This document shows, piece after piece, positions 49,266-62,639 of a DNA stretch of 64,000 nucleotides. Both the position numbers and the translations under genes were made by a program. How positions within the stretch are numbered: position 1 is the first letter of the stretch; every line of letters begins with the position of its first letter. The notes beneath the pieces were generated by a model. It did no database searches and was not told the DNA's origin. It was given only the letters and a program-made list of their open reading frames with translations. The DNA is taken from NCBI RefSeq assembly GCF_009914755.1, contig NC_060926.1; one strand, given 5' to 3'. The stretch is from the human T2T-CHM13v2.0 reference genome, Homo sapiens.

Positions 49266-50089
49266 AATAGTATTGCAGCTAAGAAACATGAAATCCTTCA
49301 CTCCGACAGTATGTTCACAGAAAATTCATCTGAAGCACAAAGTTGAAAAGAAAAAAGAAAAAAAAAACATGCATTTGAAAATTCTGTCAGTCCTTCACAT
49401 TCTTTTTATAAACTTGTTTTTCAGATACAGTGTAACATTGGAATTTAAATTGAGTTTCGTGTTCCTTCCACCTCACATGTAAAAACATCTATGACTTTAA
49501 TTAATGAAGAATTCTAAAGTCAACTTGCATGTGTCCCAGTGTGTAATGGAATACTAGGAAAATTAAAGTTTGATGATTTCTTGAACAGCCCATGCCAACA
49601 TCCAAAACAAGTACAGCTTAGAAAACACACATTAAACACCAAAAACTAATTTTAGCACAAAAGGAAAAGAAAGATACAATGACAGTAGAAATCTAAGGAA
49701 AAGTATATAAATGCATATATTTTTAAAAAGTATGCTTGAATTTCCTTGCTGTATAATTCTTTCTGAGACATGTTAGAGCTGCTCTTATTAGCCAAGGGAA
49801 TACTTGTGGGAAGAAACCTGCCTACATGCTGAAAACAAGCTCACTAAAATCAATATTGGGTTTTGACTTGAAGGTGTTTACTATGAAGAACTCAGTGTGA
49901 TTCCTCAATCAAGGACAAATTTATCATTACTTTTTAATTGTTACCTTAAACTACTGTATTACAAATTATTGACATTGTACCAGAAATTATACTAAGCTAT
50001 TTACAAATGTAAAACTTTTATTTACCAATATATTGAGCCCATATTCTACACAATAAAATTTTTAAAAAATTAACACTGCACAATAGTTT

Positions 50090-51530
50090 TTTTAAAAAAT
50101 AAGTTTGTTCGAATGATTTTAGATTTGCAGAAAAGTTTTGAGTGAGTATGGGGTAGTAGTTTCCCTACATCCATCATTCAGTTTTAGTTTTCCCTACGTT
50201 ATCATCTTGCCTTACCACTGTATGTTTGTTAAAAAAAAATAAGTTAGTACAGGGAATATACTAATAAATAAACTCCATCTTTTGATATCACCAGTTTTTC
50301 ATTAACGCCCATTTTCTTTTCCAGAGTATAACCCAGGATCCCACACTGCATTTCGTTGTCATGCTCCTCCCTTAAGCCTCCTCTGGTCTGTGAAAATTTC
50401 TCAGAGTATGTTTGTTTTTGATGACCTTGATAGTTTTGAGGAGTACTGGTCATCCATTTTGTAAAAGGCAGATGTATTGTCTCATGATTAGAGTTTGTCT
50501 TATCACGTTGTATCAGGGGATATTTGATTATCCACATAACGTCATATGATTTAACCTCTTCACTCAGTTAAGGAGTTTTTGCCAAGTTCCTCCATTGTGA
50601 AGTTATAATTTTCTCTCTCCTTACTCTATTCTTGGAAGTGAGTTACCAAAGTCAGACCACTCCCAAGGGTGTGGAAGGTAGATTAAGCTGCACACCTTTT
50701 AGTGGAGAGTATCTACATATGCAGCATGAGGTTCTTATGTAAGGATGATGTGTCTTCTCTCATTTATTTACTTGAATATGTGATCATTTATTTATGATTT
50801 ATAAATCATAAATGAATTTATTCTATCCTATGGATTTATTTTATCCTATGGATTGTAATCCAATACTATATTATTTGTGTTGCTCAAATCAGTCTAGCTT
50901 TGGCAATGGGAGCTTTTTCATGTTGGCTCATGTATCCCTTTGATATGCCCCCATGTTTCATCTGTATGTATATGTATATGTACATGTATGCATGTACACA
51001 CACACACACACACTCACACACACACAAGTTAATACTTGATGTCTCTGACTCTAATCCAACACTCATCACGCATTCATTCTAGCTATTTCTTCTTGCTTAC
51101 TGGCAACTTCCCTTTCCAACAGTGAGAAACTTGATTCCAACCATCCTCCATCTATTTCTTATTTGTTCAACCCCAGTATACATGCACAGCAGTTAAAGAT
51201 ATATTAATCCATGCCATCATGAAAAGCAAACTTACAAATAGTCTTTCTCTTTAGCCTTATAATTTTCTGTTAAAACACAAACAAACAAAAACCAAATATT
51301 TCCAAGCTGACTTAGGTCAGCTCCTCCTCTTCTCTGCAATGAAGTTATTCCTACATCTGTGATACAATTAGATTCATTTGGCATTTGACAGTCCATTCTT
51401 GGATTCCTTGACATCTGGTTTAATTGTGATTTCTTAGATTGCAAACATTGAAATTTACTCTTTGACATGTGCAGTCTATGACAGATGCATAGATTCTTGT
51501 ATTCATCACTCCAGTACCACACACAAGTGC
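50090..51530 (-). mobile_element. L1MC-type 3' region
   Basis: 'ttttagatttgcagaaaagtt', 'cccaggatcccacactgcatttcgttgtcatg', 'ccaatactatattatttgtgttgctcaaat'. Confidence 0.75.
50996..51025. repeat. (CA)n microsatellite
   Basis: acacacacacacacacactcacacacacac. Confidence 0.9.
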
Positions 51531-51569
51531 CAAAAAGGGGAAATAACTGACTTTCAGAGTCACTTCTTT

Positions 51570-53540
51570 TAACATTTTAATGGTTTCCCTTGAGTTTGCA
51601 ATATACATTTGCAATCAAAGTCCACTTTCAAATAACACTATACTGCTTTATGGGAAATGCAAGTATCTTTTATAACAGAATTCTTAATTCCTCTCTCTTG
51701 TTCCTTGTAATAGCTGTCATTCATTTCACTTATCCATAAGCTATAGTTACAGAACACATTCTTGTTATTATTTTAAACAAATTGTTATCTGTGAGAGCCA
51801 TTAAAAATAAAAAAGGTACTATTTTACCTTCATTCACTCCCCAAATGCTTTCCTTTTTTTCATGTAGATCTGAGTTTCAGACCTGTATCATTTTCCCTCT
51901 CTGAAGATGTTCTTTTACCACTTCTTGCAAGGCAGCTCTACTGGTGATAAATTCCCTGAATTTTGTTTATTTTAGAAAGTCTATTTATCTTTCAATTTTG
52001 GAAACTAACTGCATTGGATATAGAATTCTAGGTGGGTGGCTCTCTTCTTTCAATACTAGATATTTCACTTCACTCTCTTCTTTGTTGCATGGTTTCTGAA
52101 AATAAGTCCAATACAATTCTTATCTTGGTTACTATCTCTATAGGTAAGGGGTTTTTGTTTATTTATTTATTTATTTTTACCTCTGGCTTCTTTCAAGATT
52201 TTCTCTTCATCTTTCATTTTTTGTGGTTTAAATATGATATGCCTGGGTGATTTTTTAAAAATCTACTCTTCTCTGTGTTCTCTGAGCTTGGTGAACCTGT
52301 GGTTTAGTGTCTGACATTAATTTGAGAGAAATTCTCAGTCACTATTGCTGCAAATCTTTCTTATGTTCCTTTACCTTCTTTTCCTTCTGGTATGCCCATT
52401 ACATGTATGTTACACCTTTCCTGGCTGCCTGTGTTTCTTGGATATTCTGTCCCTTTTTTTTTTCCCCAGTCATTCTTCTTCCTTTTGCTTTTCAGTTTGA
52501 GAAGTATCTTTTGACATATTTTCTAGCTTTCTGATTCTTTCCTTGATCATGTCCAGTCTACTGATGAGTCCATCAAAAGCATTCTTCATTTCTATTACAG
52601 TGTTTTGATTTCTACCCTTCATTCTCAGAGTTTCCATCTGTCTGCTTACACAAACCATCTGTTCTTGCAAGTTGTCCATTTTTTCCATTAGAGCCCTTTG
52701 CATATTAATTATTATTTTAAATCCCCAGTGTGATGATTCTAAAACTCTGCCATATCTGGTTCTGATGCTTGCTTTATTGCTTCAGACTCTGTCTTTTTAT
52801 TATGCTTTTTTGAGTTACTTTTAGTTGTTTTTGTTGTTGTTGTTGCTTTTTGAGTCTTTTGTTGAAAGCTCAGCATGATTTACTGAGTGAAAGAAATTGG
52901 GGCAGATAGACCTTCAGTACGAGGTTTCATGTTTACCTGGCCATGAGTTAGACTGTTTATTGTTTGCTGCAGCTTTAGGTGTCAGAGGCTAAAATTTTCT
53001 CTAGTGTCTTTGTTTTTGTCTTCCCTGTTGTCTGCATTTCTATAAAGACTCCTTCTTAAATATGACTTGAGCCTGGCAGTTCTTTTAGCTGTAATCAACT
53101 GTTATTTTACCAATGCCCAGTTGCTGTGTAGTAGGTTTCTGCCTTTGGTGAGCCCAGGCTTCTGGGCTATTACCTTCACAGTTCAGTGAGGCTGTGATCA
53201 AACTCACTGTGGTTGAGCTCTGGTAAAATAGTTTCTTTTGAAGGCAGTCCTTTGTTAAAAGAAAAGAATGCTCTCTGCGTATGTTAAAAGAAAAGAATGC
53301 TCTCTGCGTATGTTAAAAGAAAAGAATGCTCTGTGCATATGTCCACTTCCCTGCTGAAATGAGGAGGAAATTTTTCTCAGATTACTTATACCCTGATAAC
53401 CTGATAAGGTTCAGGAGGTAGAACTCATGGGTATGGGTTCCACCTCCAAGACTAGGCCCCCCTGGAGGTTTTAATCCTCAATCTAGTCCACACTAAACTT
53501 CCAGCAATTTCACAATTACAATTCAAGATTTTCTATCCTG
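51570..53540 (-). mobile_element. Old L1M 5'UTR/ORF1 block
   Basis: ORF 52470-52703 (EMKNAFDGLISRLD...RIRKLEN) is an ORF1p relic similar to 31177-31494. Confidence 0.8.
53253..53339. repeat. Tandem repeat, 3 x 29 bp
   Basis: tgttaaaagaaaagaatgctctctgcgta twice exactly, third copy with 2 changes. Confidence 0.95.
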
Positions 53541-53579
53541 CTAGAATAATCAATTATGTGAAATACACACACCATTATT

Positions 53580-53858
53580 TATTATATGTGTATGTGTATT
53601 AAATACAATGATATTTGAAATATTTTTGATATGCAGTATATACATATATGTATACATACATCTGTATACTATATATTTATATATACATATATTTATATAT
53701 GTATACCTATATATTTATATATAGTACTATATATATACTATATACTATATATTTATATATACATATACTATATATATTTATATATACATACCTATGTACA
53801 ATTAACATATGTAATATTTATGCATATATATATATACACACACACACACATATATATA
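53580..53858. repeat. Degenerate (TA)n/(CA)n tract
   Basis: Long interrupted TA dinucleotide run. Confidence 0.9.
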
Positions 53859-53862
53859 AACA

Positions 53863-54159
53863 ATTTTTTTTGGAGACAGGGTCTTGCTCTGTTGCCCAAG
53901 CTTGAGTGCAGTAGTACGATCACTGCTCACTGCAGCCTTGACGTCCTGGGCTCAAGTGATCTTCCTGTTTCAGCCTCCTGAGTATCTGGGACCACAGGCG
54001 CACACCACCATGCCCAGCTAAAATTGTTTTTTTTTTTTTGGAGAGATGCAGTTTCACCATGTTGCTCAGGCTTGTCTCAAACTCCTGAGCTCAAGCAATC
54101 TGCCTGTCTTGGCCTGCCAACGTGCTGAAATTTGCTATTGTGAACCACCATGTCCAACC
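53863..54159 (-). mobile_element. AluJ
   Basis: 'gagacagggtcttgctctg', 'cactgcagccttgac.tcctgggctcaagtgatc'. Confidence 0.9.
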
Positions 54160-56169
54160 TGTATATTAATATTAAAACATATTTCCAGAAAAAGGAGAAT
54201 TATTTCTGCAACAAAGGCTATGTACTTTTTGAAGTCTTTGGGTACATGTTCTATATCTCCTGCCTCATCTCTCCTTCTATCATCTATATATGCTTCTGTC
54301 TCCTCCCCTTTCTATAATCCATTTTCCTAACAGCACTTTAAAAAGTTATAAAATTTTATACCCCTGTAGTTACAGCTGAAGTAAGTTGTCTCATTGCATA
54401 TTTTAAAAAATAATTTACTCTTGCAGAGTCGAGGATATTCTTAACTTCACCTTCCATGCACCTTCATTCAAAGAAGGTGTATTATTTCTTCTGCTTTGTT
54501 CTCCTGCTAGCTGAGTGTTTGAAATGCGGGTAACTGCATATTGAAAAGCTGACCTCTGATTCTGTGATTTTCTTTCTTTCTTTCCTGCCTCTTACCTGAA
54601 AGCAGATAATAGAGGATCCGTGGCAGTAGACCATTCAGGTCCAATAATATGTCCATCTCATAATGCTCTTAGGCTATTGTGTTGCAGTAGATTTTTTAAA
54701 ACTCTCGTTTCTAGAAATATTAATCAGATGCATATTCATAGTTTAACAAGCATAGCCATGTGAAATTTAAAAGAAGGGTGCTTGACCTGAGGGAAACTTC
54801 TGTACAATATGAAATGCAGCTCCACACTTTCAAAAGAGATTTAAACATACCCAACTTTCCTCATTTTACTCATTAAAATTGGTGAAGAGAATGGAGGGAG
54901 CTGTCGTTTACTCTCTGGACTGTAACTAATGCCCAATTTCAGAGCTGAAACTCCCCATCTATCTTTGTTCAACTTCAAAGGAGTTTGGAGGCAAGTAAAA
55001 GACTCTCTTGAGCTATGAGTCATGATACTCTCCTTTTTCCTCTTTACCAATAAATACCAGTTCTCTCAGGCCCAGCTCTATCAAGGTCATGGATAGTCTG
55101 GAGGACCAATGAAGTTGGATGTGAAATGATATCATCAATACTACTGAATTATCCCTAAGAAAGGACATGATGATGCAACTTAAAGACAATCTATTTCAAT
55201 CCTTTCAATTCATGTATGAGGAAAACGTAGACTTCATGTTTCTCACTGCTTTGCCAACAGTACATAACTGGTTGATGGTAGAGAAAGAACAAGAAATAAG
55301 TTTCCCTAGCTCAGTTAAATATGGTTTCCATTTTACATTCTGATTGTTGGACTTACATACTGAGAATCACAGATAACTTGAAACTAATAAGATGAAACAC
55401 TATATAAGGTAAGTTGTGTTTTCTTATAAAGTATACATTTTCCTCACAGAATATGCAAACACATTTAGGTCTTCATTTGATGGGATAAGCTGCCTTGAAA
55501 CTCCTTTACATGTGGTAATCTGCCCCTACATCCTAATAAAAAGTTCACTGTATAATCGTTTTAAAAAGGCAAACGTGTGGGGACAATTTACCTCCCAGAA
55601 GGCTGTCACCCTGTGACTTGCCATATGGACCTAGGCTTTATACATCAAGATCCACTGCTATTTAATGAGTTACTGCCTGATCAGTATTCCAGAATGTTCA
55701 ATACAGTAATTCCAAGAAAAATAAAGCTTATTTTTTTCCTGCATTTCTATTTTTAAAATCTCATTGTTTTTATTCTTCTACCCATCCATGTTTGTATTTT
55801 TTCTCATTTCATTATTATTTTTTTCCTTTTCTGATGGAACTCATGACATCTATGTGCCATATTTACAATGCCAAAAACATTACCTCCTTTATTTATCAAG
55901 TGATACCTATCGCATGACCAGCATCTGTTTTGGCTCTGTAGAGAGTAGACTTGAATGTAAAGCATTTTCCCTGTGTGAGATGTTCTGAAGGTGGCAGAGC
56001 AAGACTGCTGCCCTTGCCCGCTACTTGCAATGCTGAAGAACCTTAAGCATACTTAAGCAGCACGTGCTCTTCATTTCAAGTTCAGATGTGTCACCTCCCA
56101 ACTAACAATATGTAAAACTACATTACAAGGTATGAAATACTTTATTTTCCTTAGAAGTTCTAATGTGAT

Positions 56170-56390
56170 AACAATAGCAAGCATTTATCATGAGCTTAAT
56201 TTATAACAGGTACTATGTGATAAGAGCTTTTTATCTTATCTGAACTTTTTATAGATAGGAAATCTTATCCCCTTTTACAGAACAGGAAACAGGACCACAA
56301 ATAATTTGTGTGACTTACCCAAAGTCATACTACTCATGAATGAAACAACTAAAATTTGAATTCCAAAACTGCTTCATAAGAATTATGCTT
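56170..56390 (-). mobile_element. MIR SINE
   Basis: 'atcccctttta cagaacaggaaacagg...tgacttacccaaagtcatac...aaatttgaattc' resembles the antisense MIR core. Confidence 0.65.
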
Positions 56391-56747
56391 CAATTGTGGC
56401 AAAATGAAACAAAATGAGAAACTCAAATGAACAAGCCACATGTGGGGTTGAAGTTCAGTTCCATCCTTAGGTCAGTGACCCTGAACCAGTGTACATTTCT
56501 AAGTTGACTGTCAGTGGTTTTTTTTTTTCTTCAACAAAAATACAGCCACAGATTGGAAAACATTTATCTCCATTTATTTTTCACTTTATAATCCTCCATT
56601 TGGAAGTAGCAGGGTTTTGTACTGCATGGAAGAAAACAGAACTAATCTGCAAGATCTGGCTTTACTTAAGGTCACTGAGGAAAAGCAAGTGTGCAGAAGT
56701 AAGCCAATAGGTTTGGAGCAGAATAGGGAAAAGAGTTTCCTTGGACT

Positions 56748-57098
56748 AGACTGATGACAGGTAGATGGATGATGGAGAGATAGATATATAGATAAGACGT
56801 AGACGAACAGATGATAGATAGATGTTAGGTAGGTAAATAGATATATCATCGGTAGATGGACAGATAGATGTTAAGTAGACAGGTGGCAGATAGGTAGCTA
56901 GACGATAAGTAGATACATAGATGATCAATTGACTGATTGATAAGTAATAGAGATATAGAGAGATAGATGATAGACAGTGATTTTCTCAGCTGCGGAAAAG
57001 AGTGATGCCTTTCAGCCTCATAGAAGTGAGGCTCGAAAGCTGTCTCCTGGTCATGGCCCAGAGCAACTGTGGGACCTCAGCAATGATTGATAGACAGA

Positions 57099-57138
<40 letters not shown>

Positions 57139-57186
57139 TAGATAGATAATAGAGATATAGAGAGACAGGTAGTTAATAGACAGACA
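56748..57186. repeat. Degenerate (GATA)n/(GACA)n tracts
   Basis: Degenerate TAGA repeats 56748-56975 and purer GATA/GACA runs 57088-57147. Confidence 0.9.
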
Positions 57187-58010
57187 ATGATTTTCCCGGT
57201 GGGGGCAAATAGTGATGTCTTTCAGCCTCATAGAAGTGGAGCTTGAAAGCTGTTTCCTGGTGATGGCCCAGGGCAGCTGTTAGACCCCAGGAAAAAGTGG
57301 TTCTCAGGGAATAAAGGCATAAACAAATGGGACCAGATCTGAAATGGTTTGGAGGCTTCCAAAAGATTCCCACAGAGATGCTGACCTGGTGGGCCACATT
57401 GACAAGGACAATGCCCATCTCAGTGGTGCCTGTACAGTCAAATAGGCCCTGAGGGTACCCATTATGGGATGCCAGGAGCTGGGGTGCCTCCCTGGGAGGT
57501 AGGGCGAAAGGAATCCACAGGAATGACTAAAAATGACTTTCCTGCCAGCCCATCAGAATGGAACTTGGAATAAAAGACTCAGTTATGCATATACAATATG
57601 TTCTTCATTGTAGATGTGTTTTAAATACCTAACATGTGTCAGACACTAGAAACTCAGAGCCAATATAAATTATCCATAATGATTATGTAAATATTCATGT
57701 CATTGACATTTAAAGTAATTAACAATTTGTGTAAATATTGCATTACCTCCATTTTATGCCAGAACTATATTGTAACCACTAAAACTAAAAAAAAAAAAAA
57801 CAACAAACAAACAACTCTAGAACACAATATGGGAGGCAGTTTTTAGATGGAATCTTGACCTGCTTTCCCTGGTATGATAAATCTTGAGTATTGGGGGCCA
57901 CAAACAGTAACAGAAAATGAAAAGTAGGAGAGAGGAAGGGTGCATGTGTTGTCAGCAGAGGGTATATCATAGTTACCAGCAGATTATGTGTTTTGGAAAG
58001 ACAACAATAT

Positions 58011-58319
58011 GTTTTGTTTGTTTGTTTTTGTTTTTGTTTTGAGACAGTGTCTCCCTCTGTCGCCCAGGCTGGAGTGCAGTGGCGTGATCTTGGCTTACTA
58101 CATCCTCCATCTCCTGGGTTCTAGCGATTCTCATGCCTCAGCCCCCAAGTAGCTAGATTACAGGCACATGCCACCACACCCTGCTAATTATCGTATTTTT
58201 GGTAAAGACGGAGTTTCGCCAAGTTGACCAGGCTGATCTGGAATCCTGGCCTCAAGTGGTGCACCCGCCTCTGCCTCCCAAAATGCTGGGATTACAGGCA
58301 CAAGCCACGGCGCCCAGCC
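58011..58319 (-). mobile_element. Old Alu (Sz/Jb-like)
   Basis: (GTTT)n tail, both arms antisense, 'cctggcctcaagtg'. Confidence 0.9.
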
Positions 58320-61300
58320 AGATACCAACATTTGTATATGCTACTCTATGTTCTGTGTCTGACATTGCAAATGAAATTGCTATAGATTTCCTGGACCTAG
58401 TCCCTGGAATTCATGGAGGAGTTGTGTTTTTGGAGTCAGTCTAGAAGTGTCTGAGGCCATGAGTCTCTGAATACAGCCTCATGGTGATTTTAGCAGAACT
58501 TACCTCCAATAGGGAGGCATCACTATTGTCTAACAATCCATTTTACCAATATCTATTACATTTGTTTGCTAAGTAAAATTCAGTGCATGTGTTCATGCTT
58601 AGTAACTTATATACAAAAATCAATATTTAAATATAATCAAATCATAGTGATGTAATCCAATGGGATCAGTGACCTGGAAGAAGAAGATGGCAATAGAGAA
58701 AACAAAAGCTGCTTCTTCCCTATTTCAAATGACAATACTAATAATTGCATACCTACAACTTCTTCTTACTTTCTTACTTTCTTACCTACTTTCTTACTTC
58801 TCAAGGCATGACAAGTTGAATTGGTATGACTTATCTTAAGTCTACTCCTTCACAGAATTATTTAGAGCAACACATTTTCTTGGAAGGCAAGGTCTTTGTC
58901 AGGAGCCCTGTGTGACGGGCACAAGCAGGGCTGCTTTTCTGAAGCAGGGGCAGGAGACCGCTTCCCTCCTTCCTAGCTGTTGCCAGCGTGCCTCCTTGGG
59001 ATGGTTGGAGCTCTTTGGGGCATTTCACCACACTGCACCAGCCTCCATGCCCCTCGAGAGACGAGACTGTGAGGGCGCATTCGATCTCTCCAGCATGTAC
59101 CTATTGCAGAGCATTGATTATTTCCTGACTTTACAGGGTGAAGAGGTAGAGTTAGTGACTGAACTGAGGCTCAAGCCCAGTGGTCCTAACTCCCAGTGCT
59201 AGATTTTTCCCATGACATCAGAAATTTATCTCTGGATTTCAAATTGTGCATATCAAGGAATATATAAATTTCCAAGGTTAAAAGTTGCACATGCTTGATC
59301 CAAATGTCACTATAACTAAACATTTGAGGGTTATTTTCCAGTTATTTCAAAATCTCCTAATCCTTCTGTAGGAAAATATATTTACCACAGCTAATAAGAC
59401 TCTGTCTCTCCACTATCATTACATTTCTTCAAAGCATTTCCAATAAGAACACTCCAAATTATCTCCCCTCAGCTAGTTCATCTGTTCAGTCAATAAGCAA
59501 CATTTTATTGCTTTTATGAATTAAGCCCACTTTGCATCCAATCATTTTGCAAACATCTGTAGCAGGAGCAGTCTAGGGAGCTTTTGAAAAATCAATCAGA
59601 GAGGAACAGCTTTCACTTCATGTGTTGGGCTTTTAAAAAAAAATTTTAATAAAGTATTTACACATGTTTGCTGTGCCTGAAATGGAAACACAGCAGCGCC
59701 GGCAGCCCCAGCACTGCAGCAGGAGGGTGAGAGTGGTCAAAGCCCAGGCGGCCCTAGCTGGGGGCCACAGGGCCTTGTGTGGCTGCCAGGTGAGGACTGA
59801 CCAATAGCGACCGCTGCCTGGGGTCAAGGACAGAGCTCACCCAGCATTAGGTGGGGGCATTTGCTTAAATAAATCTTGTGGAGTGGTTGAAGACACTCAT
59901 TTTTTCCCCTTTCTGTCCTTTCTATGAGTTTTACATGTAAAGAGAAAAAAGAGCGAACAGCTCAAGTATAACAAGGTACCTAGGTCTGATCTTTACAAGT
60001 GAAATAAGTATGTGCCCTGTGTGCAGGGTTGAAAGGCTGCATGCTTACCTGATGTTGATTTCCAGAATCACTGAGGGTGTGAAGCAGGGGATGCTATAGA
60101 AAGGAGAGGAGACACTGAGATACTCAACTTAGGAGATATTGAGACTGAAATCTTAAGGCAGAGATTGTGAACCTCAGGATTTTCCAGAAGGAATTCTAAG
60201 ATCAGCTTGGATGCATTAGTTACTTCCAGAAAATCTGGAGTGTATTGATTTTTAGTCTGTTTTCCCTCTATTTGTGTTGCCTTTATAACATTTTATAATG
60301 AGATTTTAGAATCTGACATGTTTCTTGTGGTGTGTGCTTTTGAGAAATGTTTCCCCAGCGTGTGCCCCTGGATTATTTGATTCTGTGTGTTTAAACTCCA
60401 GAGAGTGATTGTGGCTCAGCATAGTGAAACTGGCAGGACAGGAGGGGACAGACACAGATGGCACATTTAACCACGGCGGCTGGGACCGAAGCTCAGTGGC
60501 CGCCAGCTATGGAACCAAAGGTGCTGAGGGCTGGAGGGAACCATTCTAATTGAAATCTCCCACTTTATTGGTGGAAATTTAAGGCTAGACATGTGAATGT
60601 TCTTTGTCAGAGAGAAAACCTCAGGAGATTATGTGTCAGCATGGGATTCTCTATCTGCTTTACTCTCTGTTTTCCTCTCTATCTTTACCACCGATGGGTT
60701 GAAGGAGATTTTCTTTTAATCAGTACAGTGATCTTATTCCATGAGGGGCATTCCTTATTGATGAGAGGAAGACGTCTTGCATACAGTGGGCTTGTTTTAA
60801 AGAATAAGAGGATCCATAACAAAATAGGATGTGGGATTTGTCCACCTGGCAGAGGCAGCAACATTATGGGGCAAAGTCACATGCTCCAGAACTTAGCAGT
60901 GGTGGCGAGATGATGCTGGGACCCTGGAGAGGGTCGGGGAAAAGTACTGGTAGGAAGCCAAGTGAAGGGAGATGCCAAGGTCCCTGTGCAAGATGCACCT
61001 GGCACTTTCTAAGACTAGCAAGGGGAAAAGCTAAGAGGTAACCCTGAACCCACTCCCGACTCATCTAGGAATAAGGGATGGGCCCTTTCTGGTGAAAGAT
61101 TGTTCTGCTTGTCTTTCCACAATTGGTGAAGGCACCCGTGGGGTGGAGAGGCAAGGATTGCGTTGCTCATGGATGATTTGGGAGGCAGAATCCTGGAGCA
61201 GAAATGGAGAGAGAGTTCAATTTTTTATCCAAAGGCAGTTTTCAGAAAAAGTCTGTAGCTGCCACCTGGCAGTTCAGAAGCAGCTGTGAATCAAGAAAGC

Positions 61301-62253
61301 ACCCTTTGCTCAAGAGACTGTTTTTGCATGGAGGCCAAGTTTAACACGCGCTTCCCCAAGAGCGATCTTTGAATTATTGACTAAAAGGATTTAAGCAGAG
61401 GAGCATGCTTCCTGCTCCCTGGAGCCAACCCCTTGAGCAAATACACTTTCACGTTACTTTTAAAAAGCTGTAATCCACTTTGCACTGAAATGAAGCATAG
61501 AAAACTTGAATTCATCAGAATACTAGGCGTATTTCTTAGTGATTGAAAGCTAAGGTTCACCATCAAACCCTTGATGTATTAATATTTATTATAGTTTTCA
61601 TTATCACAGGCATTAGAATGCTCGTGCATTTGCCAGGAATACATATCTGCCTGTTTTCACATACCTCACCACAAACAGGTGGCTGCCACAAGGACAGTGT
61701 TTAAACACATCACCTTTTTTTTTTCAAAAAAATATGTAATTCAATATTACTTTGACAAACACCAAAAAAAAGATGATTTTCTGTAGCACGAGACTATTTG
61801 TGTTGAAGTTACCAGAGCATCATTACCCTGATTTAATATTTCACGGTTTCCAGTTCTACTCTTTAAAAAAGGCAAACATTGGGACAACTGTAAAATCCCA
61901 GTTCTATTTTGGATTTACTCTGTGGCTAGTGAGAAATGTTGCTGGTGTAGATGGCAGTCCTTTGATTTCCCTCTTGACTGCTGCTGCAGCGAAGCTGGTG
62001 TCTGAATGCACCAAATCACAGAAGCCAATTCCTTTTTCACTGTTCACTGCAAACCTCAACGAACCTCAACTGAGCTCCTCAGGGGCACCTCAGTCTTCTG
62101 CCTTCTCCCAGTTCAATTACCATTGCATTTGGATGACTTTACATTTATGAAGTTTAGGATGTATTCTAGGCCACATGCTGTGAACTGGTGACCAAGATAG
62201 TTCCTGCACCATTCCCTGTCCCCTGGCAACAATGCCTATTATATAGACCGGGC

Positions 62254-62255
<2 letters not shown>

Positions 62256-62309
<54 letters not shown>

Positions 62310-62314
62310 CTCTC
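62256..62314. repeat. (CT)n microsatellite
   Basis: Perfect CT run of more than 20 units. Confidence 0.95.
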
Positions 62315-62639
62315 TGTTGGCTCATTGTAAGGCACATTTTGGATTTTCTCTTGCATGGATGGGCCTATTGTAATCTCCATGGTCTTAGTGAGTGAAGGGA
62401 AAGGCTGGACAGTTGGAGGAGACATGAAGATGGAAGCAGGATGGGAGCTGTGATGCAAAGAGTGACACTTGGTAAGTGTCTGTTGAATGGATGAGTTCCA
62501 GGCTGTGTCCCTCAGAGTGTGAAGCTTCTTCCTTCATGCCTAGGTTCATTGATTACCTGGAATTTACAAAACACTGTCTTGGTACCCAGGCCACAACTCC
62601 CACTCCTTGCTTTCCCATCTTCATATTTCTTGCTGTTTT

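Noticed and set aside
56990-57060. Hammerhead ribozyme suggested by a stem ending in GAAA
   Set aside because: No CUGANGA core placed before the stem on either strand
61257-61277. CTCF-like motif on the minus strand (CTGCCAGGTGGCAGC)
   Set aside because: Mismatch in the conserved CC core; cannot be supported without ChIP data
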